DNA of 64,000 nucleotides from a candidate division TM6 bacterium UASB124 (GTDB lineage Bacteria; Babelota; Babeliae; Babelales; RVW-14): NCBI GenBank assembly GCA_945897315.1, contig CAMDFF010000002.1, positions 23,992 to 87,991 of the forward strand, read 5' to 3'. Shown piece by piece: positions 56,839 to 64,000 of this stretch (position 1 is its first letter; each line of letters starts with the position of its first letter). The notes under the pieces were generated by a model. It saw only the letters and a program-made list of their open reading frames with translations, ran no database searches and was not told where the DNA came from. The position numbers and the translations under genes were made by a program.

Positions 56839-57516
56839 TTATTTTTTTTCACAAACATGAAAACAATGAACATACGTAGTTTTTGCCAATGCATCATGAA
56901 CATTGCGTATATTATTTTTTAAATCATCAAAGAATAATATACGCTTAGGCATGATGTTCGATTCAGCTAAAAATGCTTTCAGTACCGTACCCTTGGAGTG
57001 GTGCCCGCTTAAAATGATGCCCTTCGTAAAACTTGGGTGTGGCTTAGGTATTCTGACGAGCAGAAAAGATTCATTCTTCTGATCAAAACTAAACGTAAGG
57101 TTTAGGTTATTCATCATATTTAAACGCCATTGCTCCATGCTGGGAATAATGCCAAATGTGCCCGTGCGCGTGTGAGTGAGCGCAACAATTGGAACACGCT
57201 TGTCATGTAATTCTTGAAAAAGCTGTGGCAGTGTAGGATCGAGTAATACGAATTGTCTCATAATCATCTGCTGATCAAGTTGTTGTGCAAGCAGCTTTTT
57301 TGGCAAGCGGTGATGTTTAATCAGTGTATTGTCAATGTCGCAAACAACTAAATCTGTTTCGCTGAGATCAGGATATTGTACAAGTCCTTCACGAACAGAG
57401 TGGACTTTCGTTATGATCGCTTGAATCGGTGTTGGTATGATTAAAAGTGCTAGAGCGCAGGTAGCAAGGGTGCTAAGTTTTTTGAGATGTGTCATGGTAA
57501 TTTCTCCTTTTGTCAC
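56839..57516 (-). CDS. HAD-superfamily hydrolase-like protein with signal peptide
   Basis: HAD motif I is VVCDIDNTLI. A Thr motif (VALTHTRTG) and an acidic motif (ILFFDDLKNN) follow. N-terminus is LSTLATCALALLIIPTPIQA. Confidence 0.55.
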   Translation of the reverse strand: MTKGEITMTHLKKLSTLATCALALLIIPTPIQAIITKVHSVREGLVQYPDLSETDLVVCDIDNTLIKHHRLPKKLLAQQLDQQMIMRQFVLLDPTLPQLFQELHDKRVPIVALTHTRTGTFGIIPSMEQWRLNMMNNLNLTFSFDQKNESFLLVRIPKPHPSFTKGIILSGHHSKGTVLKAFLAESNIMPKRILFFDDLKNNIRNVHDALAKTTYVHCFHVCEKK

Positions 57517-57558
57517 AAGTGTGCCATAGGAGAATAGATATGCATAGAGGAGCCAGTA

Positions 57559-58770
57559 ATGAAAATAATAGTACGTGTGATGAGAGCGTTTCTTGTTTAC
57601 TCAGCAGTAGTGATTGGCTTATGCGCGCAGATGGTGCCAGTGCCTCTGCGTAAAAACTATCCGTGTGATATTTCATTTATGATTGTTGATTTAAAATACG
57701 ATGTTGGGCGGCTCAAGGTTTGTGAATTTGGGATGGGTTGTCTATCAGGTTTTGTTGGCCATGAACGGTTGTATGGCGCTGGCAAAATATGGGAAGGGTG
57801 GTGGTCGTTTGTGCATACTTTTGGTAAGCCACTGATATTTGTTGCCCGATCAGGCCCTACCAGATCCTTTCAGGAGCTATCTGTGCCACACAAGGATAAG
57901 AAAAAAGATAAAATGGCCTTACAAAAAATGTTTACATTGCCAGGGATAAGGGTTGCAACATTGCAGGATGGCCTTAAGGCTCTATCGCTGACCAAGCATT
58001 ATGGGGAAGGCTTTCAAGCAATTGCGATGAAAACAGAACCGCGCGAGCTCTTTGAGCAGTATGCAGCATTGGGGGAGGGTGAAACAGGTGTTATTGCTGT
58101 TGATTATGCAACATCGTCTTTTGCTTTGAACAAATTGTATATGCATACTCTATTCGTCAATGACCCGGCTGTAGCACGATATCGCCCACAATGTCGGCTT
58201 TTATATAAAAATAATGTTGTGCAAGATCTTGAAACTATTAATGCAATAATGCCTGCTGATGCGTATGTGATTAAGCCGATCAATGCGTGGAAAGGCGAAG
58301 ACATTCAGATGTCGCTTGCGTGTGATCTGGTCGAAACAAGCAAAAATATATTATGGAAAAATAGAACGTGTATGTTTATTGAAAGTTTAGAGCATTCAAT
58401 GCCGATAATAGTTGATGCCAAGCCGTACGATGCGACAATGCGAGTTGCATTGGGATTGGCTTATGATCAAGGCAACGTGACGATGAAAGTGCTTGGGGCA
58501 TACTGGAAGCTTCCAGTTGAGCCACTAACAGAGCAAGTATCGCTGCTGGGATCATTTTTATCACGTATTTGTAAAGGGGGCAGAACGAGCTCCGCTATCG
58601 TTGATAGCAAGACATTGGCTGGTGTCTCGTATCAGCTAGCACAGTTTATGCCACATGTGTACAAAAAAATGGTAGCACTCAAGCACAGTCATATCCCATT
58701 GCAGGAGCTTGTCTCAGTCATTGATGGTACAGCTGACGCAGCCCTTATAAAACGACTGGAAACATTATGA
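57559..58770 (+). CDS. ATP-grasp-like (TTL-like) protein, paralogue C (most divergent)
   Basis: 403 aa. VDLKYDVGRLKVCEFGMG; YVIKPINAWKGEDIQM; YDATMRVALGL...MKVLGAYWKLP. Confidence 0.45.
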   Translation: MKIIVRVMRAFLVYSAVVIGLCAQMVPVPLRKNYPCDISFMIVDLKYDVGRLKVCEFGMGCLSGFVGHERLYGAGKIWEGWWSFVHTFGKPLIFVARSGPTRSFQELSVPHKDKKKDKMALQKMFTLPGIRVATLQDGLKALSLTKHYGEGFQAIAMKTEPRELFEQYAALGEGETGVIAVDYATSSFALNKLYMHTLFVNDPAVARYRPQCRLLYKNNVVQDLETINAIMPADAYVIKPINAWKGEDIQMSLACDLVETSKNILWKNRTCMFIESLEHSMPIIVDAKPYDATMRVALGLAYDQGNVTMKVLGAYWKLPVEPLTEQVSLLGSFLSRICKGGRTSSAIVDSKTLAGVSYQLAQFMPHVYKKMVALKHSHIPLQELVSVIDGTADAALIKRLETL

Positions 58771-60182
58771 TACGGTATAACACATTAGGGTCTGTTGAGC
58801 GTTATAAAAAAATAGGTCCCAGAATAGATTTTTTCAGCCTCGCTCACCCTGAGCCTGTCGAATGGGCGCCGGCTCGAAGAGCCAAAAAAGAGCCACCAGC
58901 TAACAATTCCCCCGCTTTTTCTCGTCCTATCGGACTTCGCCCTTCGACTAAGCTCAGGGTGAGCGGGACGTGGAAAAATCTTAATAAATTAATATTGGTG
59001 ATAGCTTTTTTGCTTATTGGGCCGAGCTCGCTGGCTGCAGGCAGTAGCAATAAGCAAGATTTTTCACTACTGTTGGTTTCGTCTTTTTTCGGGGGTTCAT
59101 ATCAAGGGCTAACCGGACTTGACCGCTATGTTTTTAACTATGCACAGTTTTTAAAAAACAGAGGTAGCCGCGTTGCGGTGCTTGTGCAAGAGGGGATCGC
59201 AATTGAAAAAGCATTCAATAAAGCAGGAATAACATGTTATTCCTGGCCGTTCCAAAAAAACCAGCAGAAGTGTAACGGTAGGAGTGGCTCATTTCAGCAG
59301 TTTATGCAAAAAATTATTACTGAGAACAAAGTAACTCATGTGCATTGCAACATGCAGATGGAGTTGCATAGAGTCCATGCAGCAACTAAAAAATATAATA
59401 TTCCTCTGTTCTATACACATCACTATCAGTATCATTTCCCCATTGAAAAATATAATTTTTTATATGGGGCTTGTTTAGTCGATAAGCTTTTAGTGGAAAG
59501 TATTTCTACGTGCTCACAACAGGCTGGCAGGGGACTCAAGCGCGGTGTTCAGCATGTTCCTGTTGTATTTATACCACCATTTTTTGATGAGAAATTTTTC
59601 TTACAGAAAACCTTAGGTATGCCGCACGTTACCGACAATGCAGTGCCGGTGATCACGATGGTTGGCAATATGTATCTTGATATGAATGCAAAAAATTATC
59701 CACTACTTATTGATGCTGTGGATCGTTTAATTCATCATTACAAGCAGTCATGCAAAGTGCTGATTGTTGGCGATGGCCCAACGAGAAGCAAGGTCGAAGC
59801 CTTGGTCCGTAAAAAGGGGCTTTGCGAGCAAATACAGTTTTTGGGATTACGTGAAGATATCCCAGCAATTTTTGCTGCATCAGATCTTGTTGTTTTGACG
59901 AGTACACATGAAGGCTTTGGAATGGCGCTTGCAGAGGCAAATATTCTTGGCAAGCCGGTGATTGGGCCTGATGGCACAGGTGTTGAAGGCGTGATAGAGG
60001 ATGGCGTCAATGGCTTGCTGTTTGGGAATGGCGATGTAGATGACTTTTGTAAGAAGTGCCTTGTGCTACTAACTAATCCTGCAGAGCGCTTAGCAATGGG
60101 TGTTCGAGCGCAACAATACGCGGCAGAGCATTTTACGAATGAGCATGTTTTTGTACAGATGCAACAGTTGTATGGGATGTGA
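58767..60182 (+). CDS. glycosyltransferase, GT4; the 5' end is uncertain because the first ~70 codons of the ORF are repeat-derived
   Basis: STHEGFGMALAEANILGKPVIGPDGTGVEGVI is the GT4 motif. ATG 58767 overlaps the upstream stop (ATGA). Alternative starts are TTG 58995 and GTG 58998, just after the repeat. Confidence 0.7.
   Translation: MIRYNTLGSVERYKKIGPRIDFFSLAHPEPVEWAPARRAKKEPPANNSPAFSRPIGLRPSTKLRVSGTWKNLNKLILVIAFLLIGPSSLAAGSSNKQDFSLLLVSSFFGGSYQGLTGLDRYVFNYAQFLKNRGSRVAVLVQEGIAIEKAFNKAGITCYSWPFQKNQQKCNGRSGSFQQFMQKIITENKVTHVHCNMQMELHRVHAATKKYNIPLFYTHHYQYHFPIEKYNFLYGACLVDKLLVESISTCSQQAGRGLKRGVQHVPVVFIPPFFDEKFFLQKTLGMPHVTDNAVPVITMVGNMYLDMNAKNYPLLIDAVDRLIHHYKQSCKVLIVGDGPTRSKVEALVRKKGLCEQIQFLGLREDIPAIFAASDLVVLTSTHEGFGMALAEANILGKPVIGPDGTGVEGVIEDGVNGLLFGNGDVDDFCKKCLVLLTNPAERLAMGVRAQQYAAEHFTNEHVFVQMQQLYGM
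58841..58965. repeat. palindromic repeat element (I4), modules in the opposite order to I3
   Basis: cgctcaccctgagcctgtcgaatgggcg (58841..58868) and cgcccttcgactaagctcagggtgagcg (58938..58965) are imperfect inverted copies. Confidence 0.85.
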
Positions 60183-60203
60183 GAGTAAAAAAAGAAAGAG
60201 GCT

Positions 60204-61157
60204 GTGAAGTTTAAATGGTTGTTGTATGTATTTTTGGGCTTGAGTATAAGCGTTGTATTTACAGTATGCTGTGAGAATACAGAGTCTGTTGCTGGGCTAG
60301 AAGGGCATTCAAAAAGATTATTTAGAGATGCTATTGTTGAGGTGGTGCTACATGAAGAGTTGCTTGCAACACAGTTGAAAGATTATCTGCCAAGCAGGAA
60401 TCATCATATTGTTGTGGTAACGCCATCTTATAAAAATGCTGATTGGTATAAGCGAAATTTGGCATCTATTTTTGCTCAGGATTATAAAAATTTTTCTCTA
60501 GTTTATGTTGACGATGCATCACCTGATAATACAGGTGACCTTGTAAGGCAGTATATTAAAAAACATAAACAAGAAGATCGTTCAATATTAATTGTAAATA
60601 AAAAAAATCAGGGGGCTATGGCAAATTTATACAATGTGATTGTAGCGTTGCCTCCAGAGACGATAGTGGTGACACTTGATGGAGATGATTGGTTTGCTCA
60701 GCCTCATGTTTTGTCATTGATTAATAAAATATATAATAAATATGATGTTTTGATGACGTATGGGTCATATCAGCGCTATCCATATCAGGGTAAACGAGCG
60801 CTACATTGCCGACAGTTGCCTGCTGCCGTTATTGAAACCAATAGTTTTCGTTCTTATCCTAAATGGGTGACATCACATTTACGCAGTTTTAAGGCAGGCT
60901 TGTTTCAGCGCATTAAAAAAGATGATTTGCTCTATGAAGGAAAATTTGTGACAAGATCGTATGATCTTGCATGTATGTTTCCTATGTTGGAAATGGCGGG
61001 GCATCGCTCAATGTTTATTAACGATATATTGTATATATATAATTATGCAACGCCGCTTAATGATGCAAAAATTGCGAGAAAAGAGCAAAAAAAGTTGGGG
61101 CGTTATATACGGGCAAAAAAGCCATATGACCCATTGGCTTTCGGCGTAGCCTATTAG
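60204..61157 (+). CDS. glycosyltransferase family 2
   Basis: VVVTPSYKNADWYKRNLASIFAQDYKNFSLVYVDDASPDNT and TLDGDDW (DxD). GTG start after AAAGAGG. Confidence 0.8.
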   Translation: MKFKWLLYVFLGLSISVVFTVCCENTESVAGLEGHSKRLFRDAIVEVVLHEELLATQLKDYLPSRNHHIVVVTPSYKNADWYKRNLASIFAQDYKNFSLVYVDDASPDNTGDLVRQYIKKHKQEDRSILIVNKKNQGAMANLYNVIVALPPETIVVTLDGDDWFAQPHVLSLINKIYNKYDVLMTYGSYQRYPYQGKRALHCRQLPAAVIETNSFRSYPKWVTSHLRSFKAGLFQRIKKDDLLYEGKFVTRSYDLACMFPMLEMAGHRSMFINDILYIYNYATPLNDAKIARKEQKKLGRYIRAKKPYDPLAFGVAY

Positions 61158-61160
61158 ATT

Positions 61161-61209
61161 CTAGCAGTGAAGCGCCTGTGTTCACAGGCGCTTCACTGCT
61201 AGTTTTTTT
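61161..61209 (+). terminator. strong rho-independent terminator
   Basis: 20-bp perfect stem CTAGCAGTGAAGCGCCTGTG / CACAGGCGCTTCACTGCTAG, followed by TTTTTTT. The T-run overlaps the stop codon of the convergent sulfotransferase gene. Confidence 0.85.
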
Positions 61210-62173
61210 ACCATTGATCGTTAGCTTCGTAGCCAAGGTCAATTAATAACTGTGTAGCACCAGGCGCTTTTTTATACGCGACTTTCATTTCTGGCGAGAA
61301 GAGTTTTTTCCAGCCATCAGTTTTGCCTTCTCTAAAAGTAGTGCTGCCTCCAAACAGCTGATCTCGAATAGTAATGATTTTTTCAAGGGGTAAGGTTACT
61401 CCTGCATGAGTTGCAATGTTTTTGATCTCTTGCAGTTGTAGCTCATCAGAACCTCCTCCTTTATTTCCAATTAAATTTTCAAAACGTACTGTGTAAAAGT
61501 TTTTTGCGTGCATCCATGGTAAGTAGAGTTTGTAAAAGTCAGTCACTCCTAGTTCCCAGATCAGTGGGTATGCTTCATGTACGGTGACTCCCCATCGAAT
61601 GAAGTTTTTTTGCCGACCATCAATGAAGTCCCATACAATATCTTCGATATTTGCATGTTCTCCATGCCAGCTATCTTTGACCATATGTGCCATTGAAACG
61701 AGCATAGCACGTGGGTCTCGGATAACAAAAAAGTTAGCAATTGTTTTATTATCTAGGAACTTTGCTGCTTCTTGTGTGTATGGCCAGTGTGACCAAAACA
61801 ACCTATCTTTGGTATTTTTCATCGTGGTCGCGAGTATTTTTGGGAAAGGGCCAACTGTTGGGGTGTGGAGACGCCCTTTAAAATGGTGAGGGGGGTCATA
61901 TTGATTTACACGCTTGTAAAGTGCCTCAGCAAATGCAGATGGCTTGATATTGTCTATTCCATCATAGTTGGTAGTAAGTCCTGGCGACTCAAATAAAGAT
62001 ATGCACTTTAACAAGAGGTGCGTGCCGCATTTAGGCATAGTAATGCATACAATATTGTCATTTTTCATAGTTTTTACATTGTGGTGGGATTTTTTTTCCT
62101 GAGAGTCCGCATGTAATAGTGTCCCTGCAGTGAATAATTGCAATAGCAGTAAGATATGACTCTTTAGTTTCAT
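61208..62173 (-). CDS. PAPS-dependent sulfotransferase-family protein with N-terminal signal/anchor
   Basis: 5'-PSB-like loop ITMPKCGTHLL and 3'-PB-like FFVIRDPRAMLVS. N-terminus is MKLKSHILLLLQLFTAGTLLHA. Confidence 0.7.
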   Translation of the reverse strand: MKLKSHILLLLQLFTAGTLLHADSQEKKSHHNVKTMKNDNIVCITMPKCGTHLLLKCISLFESPGLTTNYDGIDNIKPSAFAEALYKRVNQYDPPHHFKGRLHTPTVGPFPKILATTMKNTKDRLFWSHWPYTQEAAKFLDNKTIANFFVIRDPRAMLVSMAHMVKDSWHGEHANIEDIVWDFIDGRQKNFIRWGVTVHEAYPLIWELGVTDFYKLYLPWMHAKNFYTVRFENLIGNKGGGSDELQLQEIKNIATHAGVTLPLEKIITIRDQLFGGSTTFREGKTDGWKKLFSPEMKVAYKKAPGATQLLIDLGYEANDQW

Positions 62174-62341
62174 TCAGAATCTCCTTTTGTAAGGGGTTGC
62201 CTTTTATCCGTTGGTATGTACGGTATTATATAGTAGTAGCTTAGGCTTAAGACAGTAGTACATATTTCTAAACGGCGATAGGTATAGCTTTTTTAAAACT
62301 GAAGTAGGTGAGAAAATGATGCCAGTAGAAGGAGAAAGATT

Positions 62342-64000
62342 GTGAAAAATATATGCAGGAACATCTTGTTTATAGGGTTTCTTTTAGTATGGTTGCAGGT
62401 GTTTTCAAATATTCCGGTGACGCTTTCAGTTCGCCAATTATGTGACTTGGAGCTTATTTTAAATGAGGGATTTGCTCCGCTGAAAGGCTTCATGAATAAG
62501 TCTGATTATAATGGTGTTATTGAGCATATGAGACTTGCTGATGGGACGTTGTGGCCTATGCCCATTACGCTGGACGTTGGCGAAGAAGTGGTGTCGCAAC
62601 TAAAAGAAGATGATGTTTTATCATTGAAATCTGTTGAAGGTGATGTGATAGCGATTATGGCGGTAGAAGAAGTATGGCAACCAGACAAAAATAACGAAGC
62701 ACTGAAGGTCTATGGTACTCAGGACATTTTGCATTCAGGGGTAGAGTATCTTCTTCATAAAACAAAACCATTTTATGTTGGTGGCTCAGTTATTAAAGTT
62801 GCCCTTCCTCAGCACTATGATTTTGCAGAGTTGCGCAAGACGCCAACAGTCCTGAAACAAGAGCTTGCTGCGCGTGGAATAAAAAGAGTTGTTGCCTTTC
62901 AAACCCGCAACCCCATGCATCGTGCACATGTAGAATTAACCACACGTGCTGCAAAACAGGCAGATGCTCATTTATTAGTTCATCCCGTGGTAGGGCTTAC
63001 CAAGCCTGGCGATGTCGATCATTTTACTCGTGTTCGTTGTTATAAAAAACTCATGAAACATTACCCTGAACGGACAGCAACACTCGCTGTGCTGCCACTT
63101 GCTATGCGTATGGCTGGCCCTCGAGAGGCTCTGTGGCATGCGATTATTCGTAAAAACTATGGTGCGACACATTTTATTGTTGGTCGCGATCATGCTGGTC
63201 CTGGTAAAGATAGCAAAGGGGTTCCTTTCTATGGTCCGTATGATTCGCAAGCAGTAGTGGCACGCTATGCTCAAGAGTTGGGGATCGAGGTATTGCCATT
63301 CAGTGAGATGGTATATGTGCCCCAGGGCGACGTGTATCGCAGTGTGGATGAGCTTGCTCCAGGGTCGAAAACCATGTCAATCTCAGGAACAGAATTGAGA
63401 GACTTGCTGCGTGATGGCAAGGAAATTCCAGCATGGTTTACCTATCCTGAGGTGGTTGAAGAATTGCGCGTTAGTTATCCTCCACGTGATAAGCAAGGGT
63501 TCACCATTTTCTTTACTGGTCTTTCTGGGGCAGGCAAAACAACAATTACCAATGCGCTGGCACTTAAATTGATGGAAATGCAAGATCGTCGTATATCGAT
63601 TCTTGATGGAGATGAAGTGCGTAAGCATTTGTCTTCTGAACTTGGTTTTTCTAAAGAGCATCGTTCTCTGAATATTCGTCGTGTTGGATTTGTTGCTAAC
63701 GAAATTACGAAAAATGGTGGGATTGCCTTGTGTGCATTTGTTTCACCATACAATGCAGATCGTGATTATGACCGAAAGCTCATAGGTAATTTCATTGAAG
63801 TCCATGTGTCTACACCGCTTGAGGTGTGTGAGCAGCGTGATATCAAAGGCCTCTACAAAAAAGCTCGTGAAGGCAAGATACCAATGTTTACGGGCATTTC
63901 AGATCCTTATGAAGCGCCGATCAATCCTGAAATTACCATTGATACAGCTACAACATCTGTACAAGAAGCTATTAATGTGATCATACAACATCTTAAAAAA
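62342..64000 (+). CDS. sat-cysC: bifunctional sulfate adenylyltransferase (ATP sulfurylase) / adenylylsulfate (APS) kinase, 3'-truncated by the window edge
   Basis: Not in the ORF track because there is no stop before 64000. The frame stays open from the TGA at 62309. GTG 62342 is preceded by AGGAGAAAG. Motifs: RQLCDLELILNEGFAPLKGFM, VAFQTRNPMHRAH, HFIVGRDHAG, then FTGLSGAGKTT and FVSPY (APS kinase). The start could also be TTG or GTG up to about 62399. Confidence 0.9.
   Translation, partial: MKNICRNILFIGFLLVWLQVFSNIPVTLSVRQLCDLELILNEGFAPLKGFMNKSDYNGVIEHMRLADGTLWPMPITLDVGEEVVSQLKEDDVLSLKSVEGDVIAIMAVEEVWQPDKNNEALKVYGTQDILHSGVEYLLHKTKPFYVGGSVIKVALPQHYDFAELRKTPTVLKQELAARGIKRVVAFQTRNPMHRAHVELTTRAAKQADAHLLVHPVVGLTKPGDVDHFTRVRCYKKLMKHYPERTATLAVLPLAMRMAGPREALWHAIIRKNYGATHFIVGRDHAGPGKDSKGVPFYGPYDSQAVVARYAQELGIEVLPFSEMVYVPQGDVYRSVDELAPGSKTMSISGTELRDLLRDGKEIPAWFTYPEVVEELRVSYPPRDKQGFTIFFTGLSGAGKTTITNALALKLMEMQDRRISILDGDEVRKHLSSELGFSKEHRSLNIRRVGFVANEITKNGGIALCAFVSPYNADRDYDRKLIGNFIEVHVSTPLEVCEQRDIKGLYKKAREGKIPMFTGISDPYEAPINPEITIDTATTSVQEAINVIIQHLKK

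Noticed and set aside
22663-58965. Possibility that the recurring GCTCACCCTGAGC-containing repeats are a CRISPR array
   Set aside because: The copies are tens of kilobases apart, occur in both orientations, are internally palindromic in pairs, and have no regular repeat-spacer periodicity or cas genes.
62293-63753. Minus-strand ORFs 62293..62493, 62506..62688, 62975..63274, 63383..63661 and 63475..63753
   Set aside because: They are antisense to, or partly upstream of, the unlisted sat-cysC frame, whose motifs are unambiguous.
1-64000. tRNA, rRNA, tmRNA, RNase P or SRP RNA genes
   Set aside because: I scanned the intergenic gaps (97..326, 8491..9019, 15653..15910, 27841..28170, 39171..39375, 40738..40939 and 62174..62341) by eye. 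I found no T-loop (GGTTCGA-type), tmRNA or 4.5S signature. A tRNAscan/Infernal run would be needed to be certain.

Overview
Bacterial chromosomal window, moderately AT-rich and densely coding, with about 57 protein genes and no rRNA, tRNA, CRISPR array, transposase or integrase that I could find. The gene content indicates a diderm: Lgt, MurG, LptF/G, an MCE/MlaD protein, HtrA and T2SS pseudopilins. A eukaryote-type RING-H2/ankyrin protein, low-complexity secreted proteins and intragenic palindromic repeats suggest a host- or amoeba-associated lineage, but that is inference only. Left to right: (1) a truA 5' fragment, then an lgt-dnaG-rpoD-glycosyltransferase operon; (2) murG-TPR-DUF721; (3) two tandem NhaC-like transporters convergent with an AT-rich dabB-dabA (DAB inorganic-carbon pump) operon; (4) a partial type II secretion operon (gspF, gspG, three minor pseudopilins, gspK), followed by a long single-MCE protein; (5) a mixed region with rnhB, an HTH/S24-like repressor, two AAA_14/DUF4143 ATPases, LysE, glmM, DUF502, LptF/G, the RING-H2+ankyrin protein, TfoX, tlyA, htrA, pssA and grpE; (6) a ~19 kb glycan locus from 45.2 kb to the window end. 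It holds a methyltransferase, seven glycosyltransferases, ugd, a UDP-xylose synthase, three paralogous ATP-grasp-like proteins, a HAD-like protein and a sulfotransferase. It also holds a fused ATP sulfurylase/APS kinase that runs off the right edge and is missing from the ORF track. Main hunt results: the ATP-grasp x3 + HAD module; the UDP-GlcA/UDP-Xyl + PAPS + sulfotransferase combination; the RING-H2 effector-like protein; a ~60-bp-module palindromic repeat family that sits inside or fused to three ORFs; two single-gene GC-rich islets, each flanked by a duplicated end of the neighbouring gene; and an unexplained 174-bp-period tandem repeat. All product calls rest on motifs read by eye. No searches were run.
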